A stretch of DNA of 64,000 bases. Source: Podarcis bocagei (Eukaryota). The stretch lies in NCBI GenBank assembly GCA_964188305.1, contig OZ076899.1. One strand, given 5' to 3'. The notes beneath the pieces are model-generated. The model searched no databases. It worked only from the letters and a program-made list of their open reading frames with translations, and was not told where the DNA came from. A program made the translations under genes and the position numbers. Positions 1 through 13,264 of this stretch are shown piece after piece; position 1 is the first letter of the stretch; each line of letters begins with the position of its first letter.

Positions 1-199
1 TGGCTAGTAGCCATTAATGGTCCTTTCCGTGAAGAAGAGTTTTGGATAACTCTAAAACTTGCACACTTGGCATGACAGAGGTGATTTCGGCTTCCTTCAG
101 GGCCACCTTTTTATTTTACATCTATTTAATGACGCTTTTTTAAAACAAGGTCAAGTAATGCCCAGATAAACACAAGGAAAGAAGACAGGAGAAATGCTG

Positions 200-1020
200 C
201 TCATTGGCTTTCTAATGCTGTCACAGGCAGCAAGGACTCTAAACCGGGATCTCCGAGACCGGATATCCGCTTCCACACACACTCTCTCTCTCTCTCTCTC
301 TCCCCACCGCCATGTCAGGGAAGAGACGTCCAATAGGAATGAGCAAATCCGAGAAGCGCGGCTTGATTGTCCATGTAAATCGAATCACAACGCGGGCCAA
401 CGGCGAGCGAGATCCTGCCTTACGTCACAAAGAGCAGGTCGCCAGGCGATGACGAAATGCAGAAGCGCAGTGGGAAGGAAGCGGCGCTCAGTCCTTCGAA
501 CCGCCCTTTATGGTTGTGGCGCTTCGGCCCCGCCCCTTCGTCTGCGTCCGCCCGAGGGGGCGGGGCCCGCTGTCGGCATGGTGACAGCGTCAGGGCCCGA
601 GGCAGCCCGAGGCCCAGGCGCCGCCGCCTCGGGGGAAGCCGCGGGGCCGGTAAGGAGCCGCCAGGAGGAATGAGTGGCGGTGGGGCAAAAGAGCCCACAG
701 GCCTGCCGGTGGCAGGGCAGCCCTGGGGTCTCCCCGGCCCGGGAAGCCTCGAAGGTGCCCCGCCGACCCCTCTCCCGCCCCCGGTGACTTCTCTCGTCCC
801 TGCGGAAGGGGGCCGTCGAGGACCTTCCTCCTCGCAGGGTGAACCTGAGGCCGCTTTAGTGCTGTCCTACACGCCGAGGCAGTGTGTGGATGTGAACCGG
901 TCAGACCCCAAAGCAACCCCGGCCAGCCTGCCGCCTCGGAGCCCAGAACCGCAGCCAGTACCACTAGAGGTCCTCGCAGGCCCAAACACCTGGAGGGCGG
1001 CGCCAGGCTGGCTAAGGCTG
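200..1020 (+). promoter_or_regulatory. CpG-island promoter and probable non-coding first exon of TTLL13
   Basis: CpG-rich stretch with ATTGG (203-207), CCAAT (330-334), CRE-like TTACGTCA (420-427), GC box GGGGCGGGG (~557-565) and a strong donor CCG|GTAAGG at 649/650. Confidence 0.6.
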
Positions 1021-2284
1021 CCAAAGATGGGGTCGCTGGTACCCTGCAGGTGTAGCTGGGAACAGCTCCCACCCACTCTTGGCTTACCTGCCGTCTGCTG
1101 GTATTTGTCCAGTAACATCTAGAGGGCTACAGAAGGTCCCCTGCCCCTCCTCTCCCCAATATCTGCTTCTCCAGAGCTTCTCTCTGTGGCACACCGCCCT
1201 TCCCCTTTTGCAGGCATGCAGGTCACTTGTGTATGGGCTCCTCTCCTGGAGGCTGTCTTCCTCTATCTGGTGCCCTACAGACTGTTTTATGACTTCCATA
1301 ATCCCTGACCATTGACCATACTGGTTGGGGCTGATGGGAGTTGTCATCCAATACATTTTGGAGGGTGGCCAGTTGGGGAAGGCTGTCTTAATGCCTTCCT
1401 TCTCTCCCCCCCCCCCATGCCTTTGCAAGGAGAGCAAGTTGTGCTGAAACTGGAAGTGCAGAGTTGGCTACAGAAATAATATTTTAATTCTTTGGTTGTA
1501 TTCTTTTGGTTTAGTTACTATCATTTACTTTTGTTTAAGATGAATAATGTAAACAACCCTGTGATCCGGACAGCCTAGAAATATAGTAAATAAACAATGA
1601 ATATTATACTAGTACAGTAGTGCTCAATCTATGCTTAATATTGCTAAGGCCAGCACAAGTTTGTGCCACTCCCTGCCACACTTTGCTGTAGTCTGGCTGT
1701 CCAACCTCTCCAAGCTGCCCTCTCCCTGTCCCTTTCTTGTTCAGTGTCTCTGAATGTCCCACTCTTCAAGCAGGGCAACTCCTCTGTCTTTGGCTGCTAA
1801 ACTGCATCCAAGCCTCTCCAGTAACTTGTGGGATATGTGCTCTGCTGGTAAACTGAATCAACTGCAAGTAAAATGTGGATTTAGAAATGCTTCAGTTTTA
1901 GAATCTGGAGAGTTACTGCTAGTCAGAGCAGGTATTAATATGAAAGTGGACCTGCCATTCTGATTCATTATGAGGCATTTTGGCTGGAAGTTTTAGAGGA
2001 ATGGAGGATGTCCTAGGTGGCTGAAGAGGCTTGGAAGAAACCCACAAAGATGGTGCTACCATTTTAAAATTTACCTATACCCCGCATTCAGGAACATCCC
2101 TGGGCAGCTTACAAATAATTAACATTCCAGTAAAACAAAAGCATTAAAATACCACAATACAAAGGAGCATTATAAAGAAGACAAGTTTGCTTTGGATTAT
2201 CAGTAACTAGTAAGAAATGCCAGAGTGGCAGGATCTGCTGACAATCCTTCTTCCCTGTGCTCTTTTGCAAGAGTGCCTGAGAGA

Positions 2285-5200
2285 ATGAAGATCAATACAG
2301 ACGAAAGCAGTGAGTCTGAGAACGAAACTGATGAAGACGAAGATGAGGATGACGAAGGGGGCCTGTCAGATGAGTCTGCCAATGAATGCCTTAAGAGGCT
2401 GGATGCAGAAAACAAGGAAAAGCAGCGAACCCAGGGCCAAGGGCACAAAGGCACTAAGCCACCAGGGCAGAAGAGTGACCAGCCAGGGGTCTCCCTGATC
2501 GATTTGGAGGAGCAACTGGCAGACGAATGTGAGCTGGAAGAGGCAAGGAGGAGGAAGAAGAAGAAACACAGGTGGGTCACTTCCGGGTTTTCCCCTTGGA
2601 CCCCCTTGTGAATCTCTTCGGGGCAAGCTATGCAGTTTCCATTTGCACTTAGGAGTGCAGACACCGCTGCTGTTGGAATCCCAGTTCTTTACTTTGGCCC
2701 CCCAAGTCATTGTGTTCTGTGCCCCAAGGCCACGGGGGTCAAGGCCTGGTGGGTTGGCCCCATGTTTCCATAAGCATTTCCCCTCCCAGCAGCCGCTGCT
2801 TGTCAGCTCAAAGTTTGCTCTCCCCAGCCACTGAGCCACTGTTCCATCTCAATTCCAGGCTGCTGTCCATCAACCTCGCCAGCTGCAAATATGAGAGTGG
2901 TAAGTTAGGGTTGCTTCTTGGTGGCTTTCTCCTGTACCCTGAGAGCATCATCACATGGGCCCTGGTTATTGCTTGGTCTCTTGGACTGGCTTTATGCCAT
3001 TCACAAGGGAAGGAACCAACAGCAGTCAGGGTGACTCCAGGCAGCTTCTGAGTTGGTTGGGCATGGGGACCTGTGAGGTACCTGCATTAGGATAAAAGTT
3101 CCCAGGGTCACTTTTGTTTTGGAGGGTTGCTTCCCCCCACCCCCCGCCAAAGGGGTGACTCCTGCTGCTCAGGTGGTTGCTGCACTCCTGCTGCCACCAG
3201 CAAGATCCAGAGGGGTTCCAGTGCCTCTTGGATCCATGTGGCCCTCTTTCTTTTGCTGCAGTTAGGCGTGCTGCTCGACGCTGTGGTTTGAAAGAAGTGG
3301 GGGAGGACGAGGAGTGGACCGTTTGCTGGACTGACTGCTCAGTCTCCTTGGAGCGTGTCATGGAAATGAAGAGGTTTCAGGTAGCTGGAGCAGAGCCAGA
3401 GGGGAGGGAGCTGTGGCTGGCAAGCAGGTTGGAGTCAGGAAGGGAGGTAGTTAGTCTCTGACATGTCACAGCACTTCTGATCTCTTATGCTGATTCAGGC
3501 AGTTTTGGGACTTGAGTGGCTTGTGCCCCTCTGCTGGGGGAAGCCCCTGGTGTCAATCAACACATTTGTCCATGGGCATAGCCAGGATGTTCATTAGTGA
3601 GAGCAGAACTTCAGTTGGCTATTGATTTTTATTCATTGGGGGGGGGGCAGCTGCCCATGCATCTGTCCGATTAAGCCCTGGCTCTTCCATGGCTTTGTCA
3701 CTACCAGGAGGGCATGCCTGTGTGCACTCCACTGCCTTGCTCTGATCCAAATTATCACAAGGAGAGGGTGGTGGGCAAGGTCTGGCTACAACCCCTCCTA
3801 GACAGACACTGCTTAGCCACAAATTAGACTACCAATGGCAAAGCATTGTTAGACGGGCTCCCTTTACTTGGAACCTTTGCTTGGTGCAGAATACAGCAGC
3901 TAGATTGTTGACATTTATGTTGTGAACTGCCCTGAGATTTTCAGATGGAAGGTGGCATATAGATTTAATAAACAAACAAACAAACAAACAAACAAACAAA
4001 CAAACAAACAAACCAATCACTTGCAAAATATCCTGCCATCTGCATCTCTCGCACTGGTTCCTGTGTATTTCTGTGTTCAATTCAAAGTGTTGGTTTTTAT
4101 GATTGGTTGTACTCAGTTTTAATATGGAAGCTTTCTAGGGAATCCTACAAGAAAATTCCCCAGGCAGTTCCTACATTCCAATATCCATTAAAATGGATAT
4201 TGGAAGGTGGCATAAAAAATACCCTAAACAAACAGCAACACTCCTTTCCAGAGATGCTGCTGATTCTCTTCCCCTGTCCCTGCTCTATTTTCAGAAAATC
4301 AACCACTTCCCAGGCATGGCAGAGATCTGCCGCAAGGACCTGCTTGCCCGCAACCTCAACCGCATGCTTAAGCTCTTTCCCAAGGAGTACAGCATCTTCC
4401 CACGCACCTGGTGCCTGCCAGCTGAGTGAGTGAGGGGACTCTGATCCAAGTGGTGATGCTGGGGGAAGGGCAAGCAGTGGGCCACTGTTGGGGAGGGGCT
4501 TCTATCACTTAGTCATCCTATGCCAGTTCTGGAGTGCACACACACACCCTTATTCAGATGAATAATTCCTGCCACTGGCTTGAGAGAGGGCAGCCTTTGT
4601 GGAATCTCCCATATGCCAGCTTCTGTGTTGTGCCTTTATAGCTATGGGGACTTCCAAGCGTATGGGCGCATGAGAAAGAACAGGACTTACATCTGCAAGC
4701 CAGATAGCGGCTGCCAAGGACGGGGCATCTTCATCACACGCAATCCCAAGGAGATCAAGCACGGCGAGCACATGATCTGCCAGCAGTACATTGCCAAGGT
4801 GGGCCTGTTGGACACCAAGAGAGAACGGCCTCCCTTTGCCTAAATGCATAACTCCTGCCCTCTTAGCATAGCTGGCTGAGAAGGCTGGCCTTGTCTGGGG
4901 ATTTTTGGTGCAAGACTCCTGAGCTTACTGGCTGTCTGCCCCTGACCACCAATCACAGACCCACCCCTCTCTCTGCAGCCCTTCCTCATTGATGGCTTCA
5001 AGTTTGACATGCGCATCTATGTCCTGGTCACCTCCTGCGACCCACTGAAGATCTTTGTCTATGAGGAGGGGCTCGCCCGCTTTGCCACCATGAGGTACAT
5101 CGAGCCCAGCAGCAGCAACCTGGTAAAGAAGGGATGTTTCCCAGGAACTGGCATTTGCTTTGTAGAATAATAAGCTGTTGTGGTGCCTGATGTGATTTCT

Positions 5201-8200
5201 GGGAGCTCTCCAAGAGGGGGTGGATGGATGTAGTGTCCCTGTGGCACTTTGCAAGTGAAAGATCAACCCAGATCCATTCAATGGAGACTTGCTTGAGAGA
5301 TGCTGTCAGGAAAATGAACTGCCGTCCTTGCATCCCATGACAGGCAGCACTGAGGCATGGGGGCAAGAGGGTTCTGACACTGCTCAGGCAGGACTGATGA
5401 ATGCTGTTGGTCCAGGGAACCTAGGCAGGAGGGGAACGGGCCCCCAGGTGCGGACAGTAAACCCTCCCACTGTCTCTCTTGCAGGAAGACATATGTATGC
5501 ACCTGACCAACTATGCCATCAACAAGCATAACGAGAACTTTGTGCGTGATGACAATACAGGCAGCAAGAGGTATTTTCCTTGCCAAGCCCCCTGCAGGAG
5601 CAGAGCTGGGCCTTCTGCTTGGGGGAAGCTGCCTTCTGCTAAAGTGACTGCTTAGATGGGCAGAGGCAGCTGGAAGCAATGCAAGCTAGAAGGACAGTGC
5701 AGGGTGGGGGGGAAATGCACAGGTTCAGGTTTCCTCTTAGCCAGAAACTTATCTAAGACCACTCAGGCCATCAGTATTATGGAGGAGGGGTAGAGGGGAC
5801 ACATTTCATATGGAGAAGATCTCATGTTCAATTTCTGGTAGCATCTCCAACTAAAAAACATGGCTGAAGGCAGGAAGGGTCTTAGTGCTTGTTTGGAAAT
5901 ATGCCCTGCCGAAAGGGGACTGTTCTGGTTGTCCTGCTGAGCCCCTTTCTTTGTGGATGTGGGGATCAGGGTTTGGGGTTTGGCCATCCTCAGGAGCAGA
6001 GTCTGGCCTTGACATCCCTGCAGCCCATTTTCATCCCCATAGGAAGCTGTCCACGCTGAACAGCTGGATGCGGGAGCACAGCTATGACACGGCCGAGCTG
6101 TGGCGGGACATTGAGGACATCATCATCAAGACCCTCATTGCTGCCCACCCAGTGCTGAAGCACAATTACCGCACCTGCTTCCCCAACCACATATCGGGCT
6201 GCGCTTGCTTCGAGATCCTGGGCTTCGACATCCTCCTGGACAGGAAGCTCAAGCCTTGGCTCTTGGAGGTACGTGGAGTGCTGTTGTCCTTCTGAAGCAG
6301 AATTCCCAATGGGAGCATGCACTGCTTCTCTGCAGCAAGACCCTTTCATCTCTGCAATTCTATGATTTTGAACACTCTTTTGTTCTTGATCCCAACGAAG
6401 TCTGGGAAGAGTCTCAGCCTCTTCCTTGATAGTCCCTTTTCCCTGATCCAGCTAGTCTCCATCACTCAGTGGTAGATGGTAGATGCAAGCAGGTCCCAGG
6501 TTCAGTCCAAGTAGGGTTGAGAGAGAGACTCCTGCCTGAAACTCTGGAGAGCTGCCACCAGTCAGTGTAGACAGTATTGAGTTAGATGGACCAAGGGTCT
6601 GACTCGGTATAAGGCAGCTTCCTCTGTTCCTATGTCTACTCTTTTGTATCTTGAAAGAAGCAGGAAAGGTGTCTACAAATACCTTGGAAGTCAGAGGTGA
6701 GGTGGGGTGGGTATCTTCAGACAATAGTAACACAAACAGGCACATGAGACTGAGTCAGGATGCTTCCAGATCTGTTTTAAAATTGTCAATCCTGATTGGC
6801 TGCAAATGTCAAACTTCTCCCCACACCCTCCAGGGTATGCCAGCCTGTCGTTCATTCCCAGTCCAGCCACTTCAGGCCCTTGGGGAACATGTTCCATCTC
6901 CCTGAAGCACCCACTGTGATCGTGACTGCTCCAGTGTCTTACTACCCCCTACCTAACTAGCTGCAACTGTATACAAAAAACTGCAAACTATCTCTTGAAA
7001 AAAACTAAGCATCAGAATAGATGCCTCTGTCCTAGAAGGAGTGGAGGTCCTGAAGTCTCATGGGACAAACCAGATCCCAGAGTGGCCATCTTGTAAGGAA
7101 GCTGCATGTAAAACCCAGGCCCTTCCCCATTGCTCTTTCCCCTCCAGGTCAACCACTCCCCCAGCTTCACCACTGACTCCCGCCTGGACCGTGAAGTGAA
7201 GGATGCCCTGCTCTGTGATGCCATCAATCTTATCAACCTGCGTGCTTGTGACAAGAAGAAGGTGCTAGAAGAGGACAAGCGGCGGGTGAAGGAGCGCCTC
7301 CTCCAAGCCCACCAGCCGCCCCGAGAAGCCAGGTAACCCAGCCTTGCCCTGGCCATGCTGCCTCCTTCTCCCCCCAGAAGCAGCTTTTCCTGGCTTTGCC
7401 TTCAGAGATGCCCAACACCCAGTTCCTGCAGCCTTGTCAGGTTGCACGTCGGCCTCCAACCACCACGAGGGAGGGGAGAAAATGGAGCAAGGAGCCAATC
7501 AGATGGGTTTGCCTTTATTTCTATGGTCCTGTAATGGGCCATTTGGCAGTGCAGGAGTCCTGGATCCTGGCATGTGGGTCATTGGTTGCCTTGGCCGAAG
7601 CTGTGCAACACCCCATGCAGACAAGGTGGGGGAGCAGGGGGAAGAGAGGGAGGAAAGTGGCTTGAGTACCAGTGAGAGGGGAGGCCAAGGGGGACGCAGA
7701 GGACAGCAGTGCCCATTAGTCTCTCCCTCCCCGGCAGAACCTAGGATTTCTCTGCTGCCGGGGCCCCAGCCTGAACTCTCTCAATCTGCAGGCGGGAGCA
7801 GTTGGAGAGCAGTCAGGCCGCCTGGTTGGCCCAGGCCGAGAAGTACGAGAGCAGCCACCTGGGTGGCTACCGAAAGATCTTCCCATCACGGGGCACAGAG
7901 AAGTACAACCCCTTCTTCAAGCACAGTGGATCCCTCTTCCAAGAGACTGTGGCCTCCAAGGCCAGGGAAGAGTGTGCCAGGTAGGGCAAGGGGAAGCCAT
8001 TCCTCACAGGGCAGGCTGAGCCAGGCCTAGCCCTTGCATGTACACACACATGGACATGCAAAAGGATGACACACCCACACACAATGTCTTGTGTCTTCTG
8101 TCAGGCAACAGCTGGAGGAGATTCGCCAGAAGCAGGAGCAGAGGGAGAGTACAGCTGCGAAGAAGAAGAGGGATGTGAAGGAGAACTTGCAGGGGGAGTC

Positions 8201-10584
8201 AGCAGGGGAGAAGGGAAAGGGCAAGCCAGCCCTAACTCGCATAGCCTACAGCCACAGCAAGACCTGGAACCCAAAGGTACCTCATGGGGGAGTGAGGAGC
8301 AGCTCTTGAGTCCCTCCCTCTTCTAACACCAGGGAGGAGGAAGGACTTTCAAGGCCAGCTGCTGCACCTAGAGATGGAACTATTCTACTTTAGGAGCCTG
8401 GTGAATGTTTCTTTTTTTTAACTTGCATGGTTTAAATCTTCTGCCTGCCCCAGGGAAAAGTGAGAGATCCCATAATCCCACCCCAGCCTCCCTGCTCCTT
8501 TCCATAGCTATTGCCCTCATATATTTAGCCATAAATGCAAGCAGCCTCTTTTTGCTGGAACTGAGTTTGCAGTTCTGAGGGAGCCAGTGGCTTTCTACAT
8601 GCAGTGCAATTGCAGAAGGGTCATTTTTTGCCTTTGGGCAACCTGGAGCTTGAAAGAGCCTGAGTCCCGCCAGACCTGGCGATAAGGGCGGGCCTTGTGC
8701 TTTGTCTGGCATGGCTGCAGAGGAGCTGGCCAGAGGGCTCTGTGGGATACAAGCTGCAGGGCAAAACAAGATCTGGGGGCTAAAGCTGGAACACAGCGTC
8801 CTCAATCTTGGCCTTACCGAATTAGATCTGGTTTTGCTTCTTATGTGGAGGAGGAGGTGTGTTGTTTTGTTCTCTGTAAGCTGCTTGGTGAGCTATTGAG
8901 GATCTAAATATCTAAAATGAGCCCAGCTCCTCTTCTCAAGTCTGACCCAGGCTGCCTTTTTCCCTAGATATCCTCCATACCATATGACAGCATGACCCCC
9001 CAGGCCATTGTGGAGGAAGAGGAAGTGGAGAGGGTCAAAGCCCTCCTACGGAGGGAGAACCTCATCCGAGGGCTGGGCATCGTCGACCAGCTGACACGCC
9101 TGCTCCGCAACACGGAACCCAAGCCTGTGGAGGTCCAGAGGCCACACATTAACATCTCAGAAAGCCAGGTATGCAGGTGCTGTTTCCAGACCCCAAAACA
9201 CACACTGGGTGGAAAGTCTTGGAGGAGATCTCTCTCCAGCAAAGGAGGAGGGTTGGAACAAACATTGTTCCCTGGCTTTGGAGGGAGCTGGGTTCCTGCT
9301 CCTGCCTTGCAATCAGCCTGCCTTGCTCTCCGGCTTTGTTCTCTGCCTGCAAAGCAGAAATCCTTCTGACTAGTCTGAAAGGGCCAACTGTTGTGCCTTA
9401 CCAAGGCTACGAAAATGTTTAATGGCTGGTTTGGGGAAACATGACCAATGGGGAGTGGATGCCTGCCATTCCCTTTGGATGTGCTATGTGGGTCTTTGTA
9501 AAGAAGCGGTCAGTGTGGGAGGGGACACCTCAAAACCTGACAGCAGCCACAGGTGACTCCTGTAGGGTCCCCTTTCCAAGCCTCACCCTGCTGCTTTTTT
9601 CTTCCAGCCTCACTTTCTCCAGGACATGTTTAATAACCGAGAACCACAGAATCTGATGACCCTCGTCCCCCTCTCCCTCCTAGGGGGCTCCGTCCAGGAG
9701 CTGGGCCAGCAGATCATGCAGCAGCAGCCCACAGCCCGTGTCCAACTACTGGGAAACCAAGGCTTCATCCCAACCATTTTGGGTGCCCTGTCGGGCTTGG
9801 GCTCGTCTTCCCATGAGTCCTATTCCACACACTTCAAGCCGCAGCTCCACATCCAGCCCCCCAAGAACATGAGCTGGTTGGGTGCGGCCATGGTGGGCGA
9901 GCCGGGTTCTCTGGCCCGGATGCTGAAGGCAGGAGGGCGCCGGTTTGGCAGCGCCAAGAACAAGCTGGAAGTTGGTGAGTATTGTGGGTGAGAGCCTTGT
10001 GGTCCTCTGGTGCTGCCCCAGTTGCTCCACGACCACTGCCAGCAGCAGCAGGAGGGTTGAGACACCAGGAAATGTAACCTTTCCCTGTCTGCGTGCTCAG
10101 GAACCCCAAGACTCGGGAACAGGGGCAACATGAGGGCCACAGCCTGCAGTGGAGACAGGGCAAGCAAGTATCTTGGCAGGTGTGTCCAGCAGTGGTTCCA
10201 AGGGGCAGCCAGACCACTGAGGAGCAGGGAGCACAGGCGGTCTTCTTCAGCACCACCACCTCCTCCTCCCTCCCCCAGCATGTTGCTTGCCCTACAGGCA
10301 TGGAGCCCGGCCACCCATGCCTCTCTCCTCCTCCTCTTTCAGGCAGCCCTGCAAGCAAGCGGCCCCTATACATGAGCTCCGGTTCCCTGAACTGCCTGTC
10401 ACACGGTGGCAAAGCTACCAGCCACATGTACAGCAGCTTTCCCTTCCCCTCTGCGGCAGCTCCGCTAAACCGCACTGACCTGCATGGACTGGCCATTAAT
10501 TCTGCGTCTGCTCCACTCATCCGACGCACCAGCCCACACCGCTCCAGCAACATGGCCACTCTGCATCTCAACCAGCCCAGGTAG
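2285..10584 (+). CDS. TTLL13: Tubulin polyglutamylase TTLL13 (TTLL6/13 family), 14 coding exons, ~848 aa
   Basis: Exons 2285-2571, 2859-2899, 3262-3380, 4295-4425, 4642-4798, 4979-5122, 5485-5570, 6043-6268, 7148-7332, 7792-7980, 8105-8276, 8968-9168, 9608-9974, 10343-10584. All introns GT-AG and phases consistent (2547 nt). TTL motifs: [71 protein letters not shown]. Adjacency to NGRN favours TTLL13 over TTLL6. The start codon is the least certain part. Confidence 0.88.
3968..4013. repeat. (AAAC)n microsatellite in a TTLL13 intron
   Basis: Uninterrupted AAAC tandem run. Confidence 0.95.
6460..6635 (+). mobile_element. Squamate tRNA-derived SINE (Squam3-like); related copies near 21195-21345, 24100-24210(-), 33190-33380(-)
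   Basis: Recurrent motif CCTGCCTGAAACTCTGGAGAGCTGC..CCAGTCAGTGTAGACA..ACTGAG.TAGATGGACCAA..AAGGCAGCTTCCT occurs several times in the window. The family name is from recall. Confidence 0.6.
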
Positions 10585-11117
10585 CCTCCTCATCCTAGGT
10601 CCGCTCAGGCAGCAGCAGGATGGACCCTGCTAAGAAGGTCCTCCAGCCAAACTTCCTCATGATCTCCTTGTCTTTCTCCTCCCCCAGGAAAGGCACTTGA
10701 CTTGACCTCTTGGCGGAACAGCAATCCAGGAGCCAGAAGAGCTGGGGGACTTTGCTGCTGCGGCCTGTGCCAAGAGGGGCAGTAGAGGAAGTGAAGCCCC
10801 TGCCCTGTGGAGGCAGTGGCAGCAGCAGCAGTGGCCTGGTGCCATGGCCCTGGGCACAACACATCCACCCCAGCCAGGCAGTTGTCCAGGAGCCCCTTGC
10901 CAACCTACTCCTCCATGCCAAATTCATTTCCCCCTTTCCCCACTCCAAAGCAGCAGCAACAAATTCTAATAACAGTATTAGACATCTTTGGCCGTGCCCC
11001 CACTTCCTCCATGCCAACTCCCCTGCCGCCAATGCCAGTCAGCCTGCCAAAGGCCAGGTCCCAATCCTGAAGAGCACTATGGGCTGGGAATGGAGTTTCT
11101 TTTGTAACCGACTTTGT

Positions 11118-11123
11118 ATTAAA
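11118..11123 (+). terminator. Probable TTLL13 polyadenylation signal (ATTAAA)
   Basis: ATTAAA about 530 nt after the stop codon, followed by T-rich sequence. Confidence 0.5.
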
Positions 11124-11284
11124 GTTTTATACGGTTATACAATCTGGGGTCTCTCTCTCTCCTTTGACTCTCAAAGCACAGCAGCTTGTTCTCCCAGACG
11201 GTAGTCTTTGCTGGGAGCAGGAACAGGGACTTCCTTACCCCCAAAAAAGTTTTTATCCCTCTCTCATAGCACTAGAGCTTGCAG

Positions 11285-11630
11285 ACACCCAATGAAGTTG
11301 AATGTTGGAAGATAAAAGGATGTCCAGCACACAGTGCAGAGTTAAAACTATGGCACTCCCTCCCGCAGGAAGCACTGATGGCCACTGAATTTGATGGCTT
11401 TAAAAGAGGATTAAACAAATTCATGGAGGAGAGGACTATCAATGGCTACTAGCCACAGTGCCTATGCTCTGCAGCCATAGTTGGAGGCAGCAATGCTTCT
11501 GAATACCAACTGCTGAAACCACAGGAGGGGAGAGGGCTCTTGAGCTCAGATCCAGCTTACAGGTTTACCATGAAGGCATCTGTTTGGCCACTGTGGGAAC
11601 AGGATGGTGGGTAGATCCAGCAAGCTCTTC
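11285..11630 (+). mobile_element. CR1-type LINE 3' fragment
   Basis: GATGGCTTTAAAAGAGGATTAAACAAATTCATGGAGGAGAGG..ATCAATGGCTACTAGCC resembles reptile CR1 3' ends. Confidence 0.6.
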
Positions 11631-12261
11631 AAAGAGGCAGAGGAATACAAATAATTCATTGTTCTTTGCCCTTCATCATACTTGAATTTCAGTGAAAGGG
11701 ATGCAAAGGGGGCCATGGGTGTAGGCAGGGAAGCAGCTGCCCCCTAAATCAAGTAAATAAATAAAAATACTTAACTGACCAATCGTATCGCAGATAGCTC
11801 GGTTCTCCCCCCCCCCCCATAAATCCTGGCTGTGCCCATGGATGGGGGCTCTACTATTTACTTCTAGGCAAACTGTGGCAGACCCTACCCCACCCAGGGC
11901 TAGCCTCCTGGGTGGGATGGAAAGCATAAGCCTCCGGGCCCACAAGGTTTACAGGGGGAAAACGGGATGGACCTTATTTTAGGAGTAGAGTATCCAGTTT
12001 GCATGCAGCAAGTCCTAGGTATATTCAATGAAAGACTCTCCTGAAGAGCCGCTGCCAGTCTGTGTAGACAACACTGAACTGCAGGAATTCTGCATCAGGC
12101 CATTACCTCCGAGGCGCGCTTTTCCTACTGAAAATCAGATGGGCTAAGCTCGGCCTCCGTGGCGCCCGTTCCGGATTGCGCCCGCCTTCCGGAAGAGCCC
12201 GGCCCGCCCCCACGTGCTCCTAAACGGCGCGGCCTCGCCAGTCTCTTTCCTCTGAGCTACA

Positions 12262-13264
12262 ATGGCCGGGTCTGGACGCTTGGTGGGTCTGAGGCGGGTG
12301 GCTGCTCGGCTGGCGGCGAGAGAGGCAGAAGGCAAACTGCCCGAGGAGCAGCCGGAGGTGGAGCAGGAGGTGGAGAGGTAAGGCCCGATCCCTCGACAGC
12401 TTCCCTCCCTGGCCCAGGAGCTCGCCTGCCCGAGACGCTCATCTCTCTCTCTCCCCGCCGACAGGTTGCTGAAGCGCCAGGAGAAGGCGATCCGCCTGCG
12501 AAAAATGCAGAGGCTGATGGAACCGCGCGGGCCCCCTGAGCGCACCTTGACCCGCCAGGCCATGGAGCAGATCCGGTAAGAGCGGAGGCCAGGGAGGTCG
12601 ACCGCAGGGAAGGTGGCGGAGGAGGAGGAGGAAGGGGAGCCCCGACGGCAGCTCGCGACGAGCCGCGTCTCTCTCTCTCTCCGCCCCAAGCGGGGCGCGG
12701 GCGACGCTTCTCCAACGCGCCCCTGCAACTTCTCTTTCTCCTTTTTGCGCCAGGTACCTGAGCCAGGAGCTGCCGGAGGAGTGGCCCGTCTCCCGCCTGG
12801 CGCGGAGCTTCCAGGTGGAACCTGGGGTCGTCCTTCGAGTCCTCCGGAGCCGCTTCTCCCCTTCACCGGAGCGGAGAGCTAAGCAAGACGCCAAGGCCGC
12901 CGCCGCTGTGGCCTCGATCCCCGAAAGCAGCGCCCGCCCCAGGATCGTCGTGGCCACCGAGGCCGCCGGCCGTCTACTTCCCGCCCCTGGCGCTGCGGCG
13001 GCGCTCTCCCGGCCAGTCGCCCCCAGGGCGGCACGTGCGGGCCCCTCTGCGCCGGAGAAGCAGCAACAAAAGCAGCAGCAGCAGGAGGAAGAAGACGAGG
13101 AGGAGGAAGGTCGGGGTTGGCGGGGGCCGAGCCCGGAGGAGCTGGAAGCGATGGTGGCTGAGGGCACCTGGGAGTCCCAGCTGAAAGTCGTGCAGAAGGG
13201 CCGAGAGTTCTTCGACAGCGATGGGAACTTCCTTTACAGGCTTCCCCAAACCCAGCAGGCCTGA
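12262..13264 (+). CDS. NGRN: Neugrin (mitochondrial ribosome biogenesis factor), 3 exons, 245 aa
   Basis: Exons 12262-12377, 12465-12575, 12754-13264 (738 nt). Translation contains LKRQEKAIRLRKMQRLMEPRGPPERTLTRQAMEQIRYLSQELPEEWPVSRLARSF and C-terminal KVVQKGREFFDSDGNFLYR. Arg-rich N-terminus looks like a mitochondrial presequence. CpG island with TTCCGGAA and CACGTG just upstream. Confidence 0.93.

Noticed and set aside
194-1122. 159-221 aa ORFs in the first CpG island
   Set aside because: Pro/Gly/Arg-rich translations expected from GC-rich promoter DNA; no domain and no phase-compatible link to TTLL13.
9820-10571. 245-aa minus-strand ORF over the last TTLL13 exons
   Set aside because: Antisense to real exons, with no independent splice or domain evidence.
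12144-13167. Long minus-strand ORFs (240 and 242 aa) over NGRN
   Set aside because: Antisense shadows of GC-rich NGRN exons in a CpG island; low-complexity translations with no recognisable domain.
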